Part shown: piece after piece, positions 9,331-19,234 of the stretch | How positions within the stretch are numbered: position 1 is the stretch's first letter | Layout of the letters: each line of letters starts with the position of its first letter | IMG/VR virus record: IMGVR_UViG_3300014656_000009 | Coordinates: 1-43,416 of that record | Direction: 5' to 3' (one strand) | Length of the DNA: 43,416 bases | Source: a virus | Lineage: Duplodnaviria; Caudoviricetes | Notes under the pieces: model-generated | Databases searched by the model: none | Told to the model about the DNA's origin: nothing | The model's input: only the letters and a program-made list of their open reading frames with translations | Made by a program: the position numbers and the translations under genes

Positions 9331-11804
9331 AACAGAAGATCAGGGACGTTATCATAGGGCTAGCGATACTCGGCTGTGTGGCATGGTTGGTCTTGAGCGC
9401 ACAGAGCCAGCCGCCATTTAGTCCCACTCCGATAGTTGACACTGAAGCCGAAGAAGAGACATATAGCCCCCTTCAACCCTTCGGGAATATAGGGCAGATT
9501 CCTTCACCGGTTCCCAAGGCACAGCCTGGCTCTCCATTGGAGCCGTTCGGCACGTTGCAGGGTTTAAATCCTCCGGCGACATCACAGACCGTCCCTCAAA
9601 ACCCTCTTCAGCAGTTTGGCAAGTTGAACGGGCTGAATCCACCCACACAGATCAATCAGCCAGGCAATCCTTTGCAGATGTTCGAGAAGATGCAGAATTT
9701 GAATGCACCCAACCGAATATCTACGCCTGGAAATCCGACTGTGCCTTTTGGTCAATTCAATTCTATTCCGACACCGAACCCATACGCAAAGCCGGGTGAT
9801 CCAACACAACCATTCAGCCAGCTATCGGGAATGAATCCGCCAAATTCGATGTATCAGAGCTTTATGCTTTCGGATTTCTCCGGTGGTCTGAATAGAATGG
9901 ATTTACCAGCGCAAATAGCGGACAATGAGGCGACGGAATTGGTCAACTTTATCTGGGATGGAAAGAAGCTGGGGCCGAGGCCAGGGTTTACTTGGTACAA
10001 TACTGGCGAATTTGATGCTGGTGAGAGAATTTACGGGCTTTATCGGTACTATAAGCAGAATGGAGGGAGTGCACTCTTAGTTGGAATAGACGGAACCTTG
10101 TATGCAGATACAAATACACTAATAGAGGGGCGAGGTAAGGATTTTTGGACAATCAAAACAGGTCTTCAATCCAACGGGGCGTACTACTACTTCGAGACGT
10201 TAAAAGACAAGGTTATTGTGGCACATAAGGCGGACAGTCCCTTTATTCTCGATAGCGGCCTTAGTGAAGTAATTGAATTTGGTGTATTGGATTCATTTAC
10301 CACAGACTTCCACTATGCCGATGCGTGTACAATATTTTATACGGCTGAGGGTGAGGACTGGTCTGAGGATGAATGGGCTGGTCATTTTTTATCTGCTCAA
10401 AGGACTCCGCATCAGGGCACTTCGACTGACAGGGTTCCGCTTTTGATTTCTTCCAATACCGCAAATGTGCTAACGGTGCACTCTTACAGCGGTGTTTATT
10501 ATACTCTCGGCAAACAGTATTATATTTGGGGATTCTTCGGTTACGACACGGTTGCGACAGGGTTGCGATCAGAGGGTCTTGTGGTATTAGATACCTGTGC
10601 TGTGAGTATTTACAATAGCGGGGATGTTTTTGACACGTCAATGGAAGGAAAATGTATAGTAGCAAAATATTATACTGGTGCAGCCACAAATTCTGAATTT
10701 CCTGTTTATGATGTACCTGATGCACACCATCTGGTCCTACAGTACCCGCCTGATCCAGAGCCGGCATTTGGGGACTCTTTTAATCTTTTGCAGAAGGTGA
10801 TCTCAAAAGTCGATATTTGCCAAAGATATAAGAACTATCTCTTTTGTGTAGATACAGACAATGACATTATTTATTTTTCTCCCTACGATAAATGTGGTGG
10901 ATTTGGTCTTGATAATTATTTCTTCGTGAGAAGTATTCGTGGCGATCATGTCACCGCCTTATCCACCTTCTACGACGATCAGCTTGGGTACAAGGACGAT
11001 TCTAAGGACTGCCTCGTCATCTTCAAAAACAACTCCATCTATAAGCTGATCTTCAATTCAGACACAGACTATTATTTGGTTCAGGTTGTGGACGGCGTGG
11101 GCTGTGTAGCTCCGCAGACTGTTGTGAATGTGGAGGGCAAGTATCTTCTCTTCTTGCATACTTCGGGCGTTTACGCCTTCGATGGCCGGACAGTGACACG
11201 GGTATCGGACAAGATGTGGCCTCTTTTTGAGACCAATGTCAGGAAGACCAGTATCGGAGTGGCTGCTGCCGGCTACAATGATCGACACTACTATCTATCC
11301 TATCCGGCAGGAGCAAGTTACAACACCGAGGGCTTTGTATTCAACACAGACTTGGGAAGCTGGGCAGAGACAGGCAACCTTACGGGGAATCTCTTTTGCC
11401 AGCAGAATGCCGTCTCAGATACGGTCAAATTGCTGTTTGCGGACAGCAGGGCAAAGAGTTTTATCTATCGGTTCGGCAAGGTGGTGACAGATACGGGCGA
11501 AGCCATCCTGGTATCTTTGAAGTCTAAGGCTTTCAATCTTGGTGATCTGCACACAAGGAAGAGGTTCACTTATTTCGACATGGACTATTATCTTGATTCG
11601 GACTCGATCTGGACGTGGTTCTATACTGATTTCGGGGACAGTTTGAAATATGACAAGAAAGTTGGCGGAGCGGGAGGGAATAGGCACATCCGAATTCCTT
11701 TGGATGCCGACTGTATTGGCCGGAATTTCAGCTTTAAGTTGGCCTGTGAAAACAAATTTGAAATAGGAAATATAGCCTTGAAATTCAGACAGATAGGAGA
11801 GTGA
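9327..11804 (+). CDS. Tail nozzle/stabilisation protein (P22 gp10/T7 gp12-like beta-propeller) with signal peptide and Pro/Gln-rich repeats
   Basis: DFSGGLN...ELVNF...GPRPG, LVIFKNNSIY, GVGCVAPQTVV, GVYAFDG and SKAFNLG motifs; N-terminus MKQKIRDVIIGLAILGCVAWLVLSAQS|Q. Confidence 0.82.
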   Translation: MKQKIRDVIIGLAILGCVAWLVLSAQSQPPFSPTPIVDTEAEEETYSPLQPFGNIGQIPSPVPKAQPGSPLEPFGTLQGLNPPATSQTVPQNPLQQFGKLNGLNPPTQINQPGNPLQMFEKMQNLNAPNRISTPGNPTVPFGQFNSIPTPNPYAKPGDPTQPFSQLSGMNPPNSMYQSFMLSDFSGGLNRMDLPAQIADNEATELVNFIWDGKKLGPRPGFTWYNTGEFDAGERIYGLYRYYKQNGGSALLVGIDGTLYADTNTLIEGRGKDFWTIKTGLQSNGAYYYFETLKDKVIVAHKADSPFILDSGLSEVIEFGVLDSFTTDFHYADACTIFYTAEGEDWSEDEWAGHFLSAQRTPHQGTSTDRVPLLISSNTANVLTVHSYSGVYYTLGKQYYIWGFFGYDTVATGLRSEGLVVLDTCAVSIYNSGDVFDTSMEGKCIVAKYYTGAATNSEFPVYDVPDAHHLVLQYPPDPEPAFGDSFNLLQKVISKVDICQRYKNYLFCVDTDNDIIYFSPYDKCGGFGLDNYFFVRSIRGDHVTALSTFYDDQLGYKDDSKDCLVIFKNNSIYKLIFNSDTDYYLVQVVDGVGCVAPQTVVNVEGKYLLFLHTSGVYAFDGRTVTRVSDKMWPLFETNVRKTSIGVAAAGYNDRHYYLSYPAGASYNTEGFVFNTDLGSWAETGNLTGNLFCQQNAVSDTVKLLFADSRAKSFIYRFGKVVTDTGEAILVSLKSKAFNLGDLHTRKRFTYFDMDYYLDSDSIWTWFYTDFGDSLKYDKKVGGAGGNRHIRIPLDADCIGRNFSFKLACENKFEIGNIALKFRQIGE
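9465..9851 (+). repeat. Six degenerate ~22-aa repeats (PLQPFGxLxGLNPP...PG) in the nozzle N-terminus
   Basis: Units begin SPLQPFG, SPLEPFG, NPLQQFG, NPLQMFE, NPTVPFG and DPTQPFS. Confidence 0.9.
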
Positions 11805-11807
11805 CAG

Positions 11808-12350
11808 ATGCCTTTGGGAACTTTAGCTACGCTTGGTCTGAGTTTTGGACCACAACTTCTTCAGGCTTTGTTGGGAGGGGGAAAACAAAAAACAGGGTAT
11901 AAAATGTCCCCCGAAGAATTGGAGATTTACAAAAGTCTCATGGGACAATATAAGGGAGATGTTCCTTCTTATGTTACCCAACCCATTAAATCAGAATTCG
12001 GTGCTTTGAAGAAGGGAATATCGGAGAGAACGGGACAGTCTTTGGGTGCTGGTTCAGGTTTGGAGACGGCTCAACTGATGAAAGCAACCGCCTCTGAAGG
12101 TCGGACTTTAGGCGATGCCGTCGCAAAATACAAACAGATGATTCTGGGGCAGATGGGCGGATTGGTAGGCGGGAAGGGAACAACGACAACGGGAATGACG
12201 TCCGATTGGGGCGGAGCCGTTGGTGGTGGCATGCAAGATATGGGCCTACTCATGCTTTTACAACAGATACTTGGTGGTCAGAAGACTGGCACGGGTGGTG
12301 GCTACACAATGCCTGCAAGTTTTGCCAAAGCTTTCAGCTTTAGTCGTTGA
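11808..12350 (+). CDS. Putative ejection/pilot protein (small, Gly-rich)
   Basis: Gly/Gln/Met-rich with hydrophobic ends; first gene after the nozzle, as for P22 gp7 or T7 gp14. Confidence 0.6.
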   Translation: MPLGTLATLGLSFGPQLLQALLGGGKQKTGYKMSPEELEIYKSLMGQYKGDVPSYVTQPIKSEFGALKKGISERTGQSLGAGSGLETAQLMKATASEGRTLGDAVAKYKQMILGQMGGLVGGKGTTTTGMTSDWGGAVGGGMQDMGLLMLLQQILGGQKTGTGGGYTMPASFAKAFSFSR

Positions 12351-12367
12351 TTCAGGGAGATAGTTAA

Positions 12368-13351
12368 ATGGCAGAATCAATCGTTCCGAGAGTAATCGAG
12401 ATTTTGCTTCTCGGTCAGAAGATGAAGGATGTTGAGCACCAACGCAAAAGGGACGAGCTTAGCGATGAGCTTTTGCGGGAGCGGATATCCGATCTTCGCT
12501 GGAAACGGAAGCAGAAAGACCCGTTAATGGAATTGGGGCTTCAGATACTTCAAGGACAAGGCGGTACTGGCGCTGGTTTGGGTGGAATCGATTTCTCGCA
12601 AATTAAAGATCCGATAGCTCAGGCTGGCCTTGAAAAGGCCATTGGTGGAAACATAAACTGGTCTGGATATGAGCCAAAAACCCTAACTGAATCACAGAGA
12701 TATTACAAGGAACATCCAGAAGCATCGGCGGGAAGCTGGCTACGGGAGCAAAAGAAAATTGGGAAAGAATTTGAGAAGCCGAGAGAGTATGATTTTGAAA
12801 GGGATATTCAGCGCGTCTTGAGTGAATTGAGTGCTGGAGAGACGGGGATGGTCGGCCCAAAGACACCTCCCGATATTTTGAAGCGACAGGCCACAAAAGT
12901 AGTGACCGAGAAGGAATTCCCTGCCTTAAGAGGAAAAGAAGTCGGAGATCAGAAGAAAGAGATTACTGCACTGAAAAACGAGTGGCGAAAATATAGGCTT
13001 GGAGATGAAGAAATCAAACTGCTCATGCGGTTCCCCACGCTTGATCCAAAAGGTCAAGAAATGAAAGAAGTTTTTGAGTATTGGGCCGCCGATCTCGATT
13101 CCGGTGTTCGGATTCAACTTGGCAAAGACTTGGGTTTTTACAAGATAGGTGAAACCTTCGGACAGCCACGCCAAACCAAAAAGCAGAAAAGTCAAAGGCC
13201 AGAGAAACCAATAAACTATTCCAGTATGGCTGAGGGATTGAAAAAGCTGTACGGCGTACAAACAAAAAAGACCCTTCAGGCTCATCGCTCTGAACTTGAA
13301 TCGTCTTATCCTGGTTTGAATTGGGAAGAGCTGAAAAAGCATTTTAAATAA
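12368..13351 (+). CDS. Putative ejection protein, 327 aa
   Basis: Charged helical protein between the small and large ejection genes. Confidence 0.55.
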   Translation: MAESIVPRVIEILLLGQKMKDVEHQRKRDELSDELLRERISDLRWKRKQKDPLMELGLQILQGQGGTGAGLGGIDFSQIKDPIAQAGLEKAIGGNINWSGYEPKTLTESQRYYKEHPEASAGSWLREQKKIGKEFEKPREYDFERDIQRVLSELSAGETGMVGPKTPPDILKRQATKVVTEKEFPALRGKEVGDQKKEITALKNEWRKYRLGDEEIKLLMRFPTLDPKGQEMKEVFEYWAADLDSGVRIQLGKDLGFYKIGETFGQPRQTKKQKSQRPEKPINYSSMAEGLKKLYGVQTKKTLQAHRSELESSYPGLNWEELKKHFK

Positions 13352-13352
13352 T

Positions 13353-16300
13353 ATGCCATTAGCAAAACTCAAAGAGTTAGACAAATACACTTACGGTGAT
13401 AGTGCTGAGATTAGTCCAGAAAAGCTCGATTTGACAGCTTTGGACGAATACGTCTACGGTAAGCCAACCAAGACAATGGTTGGTCCTGGCATCATGGAGC
13501 GGATACATAGCGGCCTGAGAAAAAAGATCGGTCTTGAAGGTTTTGATCTTGGGCGTGCCTTAACTGGCGTAGGCAAGATGGGCGAAAAACCATCTTCAGA
13601 TCTTCGGGGGCAGATAGGAGATTTAGCCCTTCAGTTCTTAGAAGAATCCAGGGAAAGGACGATTCCGACTCCCCTGACCGAAGGACAGACCAGCAAAGAA
13701 CAGATGGAAATTGTCGTCGGCAATGTACGCAAACAGATGGAGGCCGCCGTGCGGTTCCCGATTGACATGGCTCAGAATATCATGTTTGATGAGAAGCTGC
13801 AGCCAAGAACACCTGTGGACGTGATAAAACAGGGTGCGAAAGTTGGCCTTGACTTCGCGCAGTTTTTCAGACAGACCTTTGAAGATTATTCTACCTATAT
13901 CAGTCCATTGGCATCAGCGGAGGCCAAAGAAGAGGCTATGCAACGGATCGCACAGGAACCCTTAAACCTCTTCTTTGCGACAGGGATAGCTAAGGGGGGA
14001 ATGAAGCAATTCAGGCAGCTCCGGCAGATGTTCAGGCCGAAAGTAGGAACGATTCCGATTGCAGAACGTGTAGGTGAAGTCTTTGCGAAAAAGGAGGCAC
14101 TGACGACTGAAACGGAATTTGCCAAAGAACAGGGCAAGCCGTCAATCTTTGAGGAACCTAAAAAGAAGGTTGTGTATGGTAAAGAGGAAATGGCTCTTGC
14201 CAAGAAGATCAAGGAGGAGATGAAGGGGGAGAAAGTCGGATTGACACCAGGTCAATTGAGACTGCCTTACCTCCAAGCAAGGAAAATACAGTCTGGTAAA
14301 TACCAAGCCTTTTATAAGGGTACGAATAACAATTTTGAGATTGCCGGTAAGCCAATAACAAAAGTATTTGATACTGCCGACGAAGCAAGGGCTTACATCA
14401 AAGCAGAATGGGCAAAAGATCAAATAAAAAGGATGGGGATTACCGCCAAGCCTGCACCGGCAGGGAAAGCCCCTGCGGTCAAAGAGCCGTGGGATATGAC
14501 AATAGATGAACTTCTGCGTACGGGAAGAACCCTGGAAGAACCTGAGGTATATGCTTCAATACTGAAAAACGAAGGGCCAGAAGCCTTAAAAATGGTTAAG
14601 AGGCTTCACGAGGAAGGTCTTGGTACACTCGAAACACATAATTTAGGGACGGCTATTGATGTTAGAATCCAAGCCCCAGAGAGTTATATATCCAAGTTAA
14701 GAAAAGAAGGTTTTAAGGTTAGCTATCCGTGGAAAGATAAAACATATAACCTTGAGATACCATTAGATAAAGTGGATTCAGAGCTAATTCGTCTGCCTAA
14801 GAATCTTGAGAAGGGACGTGCCGCCGTTTTTGATATTGTGGAAGGAGAGGTTGTGGGTGATTATGCCGCTGATATTGGATTGGTACATGAAAAAACTGTC
14901 CGCCAAGCCCTCTCCGAAGGCAAGCTCTCTATTGGAGAATATAATCGGCTTCACGCCAAAGATTCTGGGCCAATAGAAGAATTTGCCCCTGAGCTTGCGA
15001 AGGGCGTTGAGAAGCCTTCCCCTATCCCCAAAGAGCTTGAGGGGAAGGCACCCAAGTTAAACTTGACAGATAAATATCTGAATGAGGAAATCAACTATGG
15101 TGGAGAGATAAGGACACGAGGTTCTATTATCGCTGAAATGCAGAAAGAGGGTATACCAGAAAGACAAATTGGTCTCTATATGATGGGTGCCAAGACTCTT
15201 AAAGGGAAGCCTTCGCCTGTCCCACCAGAGCTTGGGGGGTTGGAGTCAATAGGTAAAGCTGAAATGAAGTTATCGGCGGAATTGGAGGCAAAAGGTATAC
15301 CCAAAACAGAAATTACGAAAGCACCGGAATTGCCAGTTCAAGAACCTCCGCCCAAGAATGTTTATGGGGAGGAAATAGCAAGATCAGAGATAGATAATCT
15401 TTTGCTCAAACTACAACGAAAAAACTTAAGCACCGGAGAGCGACAAAAGTTTGCTCGTTGGGTTTTGCAGAAACAGTATGAAGCCAACCAAATACCAGAA
15501 GGGCATCCATTGGCTTTGAATTTTGCACAAAACGTAGTCAAGGCGATTGAAACATTTAGAGCAAAAGAGTCTTTTCCTTCTTGGAAAAACGAGGGCGTGA
15601 AGAATGCAGAACATTACCTGAAAGATTATCTAAGAGATGTTCAAGCCGCCCAGCGAGGAAAGGGGGAAGAGGGAATTGTTTCGTCTCTAACCAAAGCCGA
15701 AGAGGGGGCAAGACGACGCATCAAAAAACGTGGGGTGCGGTTGACCACTGGCATTGATCCTGCGGAGATAGCCGACTACGCCATAATTGGAAGTGCCAAG
15801 ATTGCGAAGGGGGCCATCAAGTTTGCCGACTGGTCTGTGGAGATGGTTAAAGAATTTGGAGATGGAATTAAACCATACTTGAGAACGATTTATGTCCGGT
15901 CACAGAAAGAGATACCCAGGGTTAGGGTTAATGCAGAGATTGATTCATTTATCGACTATTTTGAGGATATCCAGGCACCAAAAGGATTTCGCCCACCACG
16001 CAAACCCGCCCGGGCTGCCATTAGAGAACGCCTACGAGAAGAAGGGTTAACGGGTAGCGAATTAACCTCTGAGACGAATGCTGAATTTATCAAAGAAGTC
16101 CAGGATTACGGCATCGCGCTTCGTCAAACTAAGGGAGGTAAAGTTCAACCGTCTATCCGGGTGGCGGGAACTTATGTCCCTAAAGATTTTGCTGCCTATA
16201 CAGAGTTCAAGGATGCCAAGGCTGGCGTTTTTGGTGGTACAAAGGACGCAACCCGATTCATTCAGGAAATTGACGGAGCCTTGTCTGTTGAAGCGAAGGC

Positions 16301-18458
16301 GAAGTTGCCAGGCCAGGCAGGTCCAGCCGAACAGTATGTGCTATGGCGGACACGCGACATAACTAAATCTAAGTTGAGGTGGATGGACCTGCAGAAGTCA
16401 CGCTTAAAAGCCGTGTCGGAAGGGCTTTCTAAGGAACAGACCGAGACTGCCAATCGGGTAATTGAGCATATAGGTAGAAAGGGAGCATATCTTGATCCGG
16501 CGAAACTTGCCAAAAATTCAAAAATCTCAGCGATTACTACCGACTTGGATGTTATTCGTTTTGCACAGGAAGGTCGAAAGTTATATGAATCTCTCTTGCG
16601 CCATCAGAACGAACTTCGGCGTTTGCGTGGGCAGGAAGAGATACCACATCGCAATTATTATACTCCACATACGATTCATAACACAACTATTTGGGAGCGT
16701 GCTCTTGGTCACAATAAGTCACCAGAACAGGTTGTAGGCCCAGGGTTGCCTGATTATATCAAGCCCAATGCACCGTTCAATCCCAGAGCCAAGGCGCGTG
16801 AACTTGGTCTGCCTGAAACTATCAGGGAAATGAATTTAAAGATGCTTCTTGAGCGTTACATAGAAACAGCAGCAAAGGACATTTATAACACATCTATTAT
16901 TCAAAATAACAAGGCATTCATAGAGCAACTTAGGTCCATGGGGTATGAACACGCAGCGAGGGGACTTGAGAATTGGACGGCGGAGGCATTCGGGGGTGTG
17001 AAGTCTGCTGTCGACAGGGCGGCGAATTTATCTCCCACTATTCACAAAGGTATGAATTGGTTCCGCCGGGGACTGATAAGAAGCGTGTTTCCCTTGAATC
17101 TGGCGTGGAATAGTTTTGTGCAGACATCATCAGGTGTGTTGACCGTTACTCGCTACGGCGCGAGAAATTCAATCAGGGGATTGTACGATTGGTTTGCTAA
17201 CAAGGAAATACGACAAGAAATTGCGGATAATGCTTATTCTGCAATTATGAAGAGTCAGCGAAGTGGCCGGATATCCCGACAAGACATCAATCGTGGTGTT
17301 GGTGCTGCCGAGAGATTGAATCGAGGCAAGTTGGAAAGAGCCTCCGATGCGACTAATTTCTTTACTGAGTGGGTTGAGCGACACTTAACGGGCTGGTCTG
17401 TTGCTACGGCAAGGCGTCATGGTGCGAAGGTTGGATTAAAGGGTAAGGCGCTTTGGGAGTACGCTTCCGATGGTGGGGCCAAAACACAGTCAATGTATAA
17501 TCTTGAGGATCTTCCCGGTATGCTTCGTTCTGAGGTGGTTAAGACAGGTGCACCATTTCAGACGTTTAGTTTCGAGGTATTCAATACTCTTCAAGAGTTT
17601 GCGGGTAAAAGCGGCACTCCACCAGCTACCGCTGCAATTCGGATAAAACAGGTATTGCGTTTTCTGGCTGGCGTTACCGCAGTTAATTATATCGGTCAGG
17701 CGGCCATTGGCCGAAAACCTTGGGAGTTGAGCTCTTTTATCCCGTTTTATGGGACATTAGTTGCACCCGTAGCCGCCGCACTCAAGGGAGAAGATATATC
17801 GCAGCCAACGACAAGAGGATTACCCTCACCTGTGGGTATTGCAATAGAAGGTGGACAAGCAACCTACAGAGGAATTCTGAGGCCAGGGTTTGCCGCCGGA
17901 AAAGAACTTGTTAGGACGCGTAGCTTGAATGCTGCTTTTGAGGAGTTTATGGCAACGGGTAAGTGGGATAAGTTGCGACGATTTACGATTCGTTATTTGA
18001 GTGGTCTTGCCGGGGTTCCGGGTGGTACACAGATAAATCGTGTGGTTGACGGTTTGATTGCTGTCTCCGAAGGGGGTATGATTGATTCTGCGGATCGCAT
18101 GATGTTCCCTATTACAGACACAAAAGATAAGATGCGTTCGTTTTTGGCGGGGCCGTGGGCAACAAAAGGTGGTCAAGAGTATTGGGACAAGCGAGGTGGC
18201 GAGCTTAATGTGGACATCGAGTTTTTTGAGGAAAACCCATTGCTGCGTGACGTAGCTGAGAGCTTTCCGGTATTCGGTGACTTTTACAAATTTAAAAAGG
18301 CCAGTGAATCGCAAACGCGTCGAAGTATTCAGCGGATGTTTAGAGCGGATAACGAAGAGGGCGCTTACCAGAAGTGGTTTGAGTGGAACACTGAGAATCC
18401 AGACAATAAGATTTCTTACGAATGGTATAGTAGGGAACGAGTCGGAGCAACCCCATGA
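13353..18458 (+). CDS. Large internal virion/ejection protein, 1701 aa, polyvalent-protein-like
   Basis: Size and position; helical C-terminal region (PFQTF, PGGTQINR, FLAGPW); KEPWDMT motif and modular middle region. Confidence 0.7.
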   Translation: MPLAKLKELDKYTYGDSAEISPEKLDLTALDEYVYGKPTKTMVGPGIMERIHSGLRKKIGLEGFDLGRALTGVGKMGEKPSSDLRGQIGDLALQFLEESRERTIPTPLTEGQTSKEQMEIVVGNVRKQMEAAVRFPIDMAQNIMFDEKLQPRTPVDVIKQGAKVGLDFAQFFRQTFEDYSTYISPLASAEAKEEAMQRIAQEPLNLFFATGIAKGGMKQFRQLRQMFRPKVGTIPIAERVGEVFAKKEALTTETEFAKEQGKPSIFEEPKKKVVYGKEEMALAKKIKEEMKGEKVGLTPGQLRLPYLQARKIQSGKYQAFYKGTNNNFEIAGKPITKVFDTADEARAYIKAEWAKDQIKRMGITAKPAPAGKAPAVKEPWDMTIDELLRTGRTLEEPEVYASILKNEGPEALKMVKRLHEEGLGTLETHNLGTAIDVRIQAPESYISKLRKEGFKVSYPWKDKTYNLEIPLDKVDSELIRLPKNLEKGRAAVFDIVEGEVVGDYAADIGLVHEKTVRQALSEGKLSIGEYNRLHAKDSGPIEEFAPELAKGVEKPSPIPKELEGKAPKLNLTDKYLNEEINYGGEIRTRGSIIAEMQKEGIPERQIGLYMMGAKTLKGKPSPVPPELGGLESIGKAEMKLSAELEAKGIPKTEITKAPELPVQEPPPKNVYGEEIARSEIDNLLLKLQRKNLSTGERQKFARWVLQKQYEANQIPEGHPLALNFAQNVVKAIETFRAKESFPSWKNEGVKNAEHYLKDYLRDVQAAQRGKGEEGIVSSLTKAEEGARRRIKKRGVRLTTGIDPAEIADYAIIGSAKIAKGAIKFADWSVEMVKEFGDGIKPYLRTIYVRSQKEIPRVRVNAEIDSFIDYFEDIQAPKGFRPPRKPARAAIRERLREEGLTGSELTSETNAEFIKEVQDYGIALRQTKGGKVQPSIRVAGTYVPKDFAAYTEFKDAKAGVFGGTKDATRFIQEIDGALSVEAKAKLPGQAGPAEQYVLWRTRDITKSKLRWMDLQKSRLKAVSEGLSKEQTETANRVIEHIGRKGAYLDPAKLAKNSKISAITTDLDVIRFAQEGRKLYESLLRHQNELRRLRGQEEIPHRNYYTPHTIHNTTIWERALGHNKSPEQVVGPGLPDYIKPNAPFNPRAKARELGLPETIREMNLKMLLERYIETAAKDIYNTSIIQNNKAFIEQLRSMGYEHAARGLENWTAEAFGGVKSAVDRAANLSPTIHKGMNWFRRGLIRSVFPLNLAWNSFVQTSSGVLTVTRYGARNSIRGLYDWFANKEIRQEIADNAYSAIMKSQRSGRISRQDINRGVGAAERLNRGKLERASDATNFFTEWVERHLTGWSVATARRHGAKVGLKGKALWEYASDGGAKTQSMYNLEDLPGMLRSEVVKTGAPFQTFSFEVFNTLQEFAGKSGTPPATAAIRIKQVLRFLAGVTAVNYIGQAAIGRKPWELSSFIPFYGTLVAPVAAALKGEDISQPTTRGLPSPVGIAIEGGQATYRGILRPGFAAGKELVRTRSLNAAFEEFMATGKWDKLRRFTIRYLSGLAGVPGGTQINRVVDGLIAVSEGGMIDSADRMMFPITDTKDKMRSFLAGPWATKGGQEYWDKRGGELNVDIEFFEENPLLRDVAESFPVFGDFYKFKKASESQTRRSIQRMFRADNEEGAYQKWFEWNTENPDNKISYEWYSRERVGATP

Positions 18459-18489
18459 TCTCAACCACCTTTACCCGGAAGGAGAAGCT

Positions 18490-18741
18490 GTGACGGACAA
18501 ACTAAATAATAATCGGACATTAAAGATCGTGCTCATTATCACTGCAATTTTGGGCTTCGTGGTTTTTTTCTATACGCAGATTGATAAGAGCATCAATAAT
18601 AGTCCCGTTGTCATCGAGCTTAAATTAAATCAGAAGAACATACAGGGACAGTTAGGAAAGCTCGAAAATCAGATGGATGGATTAGAAAAACAGTTAAACA
18701 AAATGGATGTAAAGCTAGACATAATTGTAGATAAGAAATGA
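18490..18741 (+). CDS. Single-TM protein with C-terminal coiled coil (holin/XhlA-like or i-spanin-like); start corrected to GTG 18490
   Basis: AAGGAG RBS; IVLIITAILGFVVFFY TM segment followed by heptads. Confidence 0.6.
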   Translation: MTDKLNNNRTLKIVLIITAILGFVVFFYTQIDKSINNSPVVIELKLNQKNIQGQLGKLENQMDGLEKQLNKMDVKLDIIVDKK

Positions 18742-18989
18742 CCGAGTTCAAAATGAAAAAGTGCCAAAAGTGTGACCATCCGACGGCGGTTTTACGGAAC
18801 GAGCTTAAAACCTTTGAGCAATGGATGAACACAAAGGAAATCTTCATAGTCTGTGCAGGGTATGATAAGAAAACTCTTGGGGTTGGTCAGAAAAGGATGG
18901 CTGAAAATGGAATTTACAGACAAAGATTCAAAGACTGCAACGCAACTTACAGACTGAAAATCAAAGTGGAAGGAATTGAACCCTTTTAA
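18738..18989 (+). CDS. Small Cys-containing hypothetical protein
   Basis: ATGA coupling; CQKC plus two further Cys. Confidence 0.55.
   Translation: MTEFKMKKCQKCDHPTAVLRNELKTFEQWMNTKEIFIVCAGYDKKTLGVGQKRMAENGIYRQRFKDCNATYRLKIKVEGIEPF
18892..18924 (+). repeat. 33-bp exact direct repeat, copy 1 (copy 2 at 31656-31688)
   Basis: AAAGGATGGCTGAAAATGGAATTTACAGACAAA at both loci. Confidence 0.92.
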
Positions 18990-19001
18990 CGAGGAAGAGC
19001 T

Positions 19002-19214
19002 ATGGCATATACGAAACGCAAGAAGTTTAGAATTTATCGAGTCGAAACAAATGGTTCGGATGTTTATTGTACGGAAGAATCGACGCGACAAGAAGCAGAA
19101 AAAAGTGCAAATAAATTCTTCAGTGAAAGACCCAATAGTAGGGATCAGGTTTTTGTGCAGGAAGAAAGGGAAATTTTGCGAATCTGTTCAAAGCCAATAG
19201 GTTTTAGAACATAA
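19002..19214 (+). CDS. Hypothetical protein, 70 aa
   Basis: GAGGA RBS. Confidence 0.6.
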   Translation: MAYTKRKKFRIYRVETNGSDVYCTEESTRQEAEKSANKFFSERPNSRDQVFVQEEREILRICSKPIGFRT

Positions 19215-19234
19215 CCTTTTAATCGGGAGGAGCT

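Noticed and set aside
9465-9851. Repeat arrays here and at 26579-26830 as CRISPR arrays or DGR template/variable repeats
   Set aside because: They are protein-level repeats with diverged DNA and no constant repeat-spacer pattern. There is no reverse transcriptase or cas gene.
11808-11880. Signal peptide on the small ejection protein (MPLGTLATLGLSFGPQLLQALLGGG)
   Set aside because: There is no basic N-region or cleavage motif. Hydrophobic Gly-rich N-termini are normal for pilot/ejection proteins.
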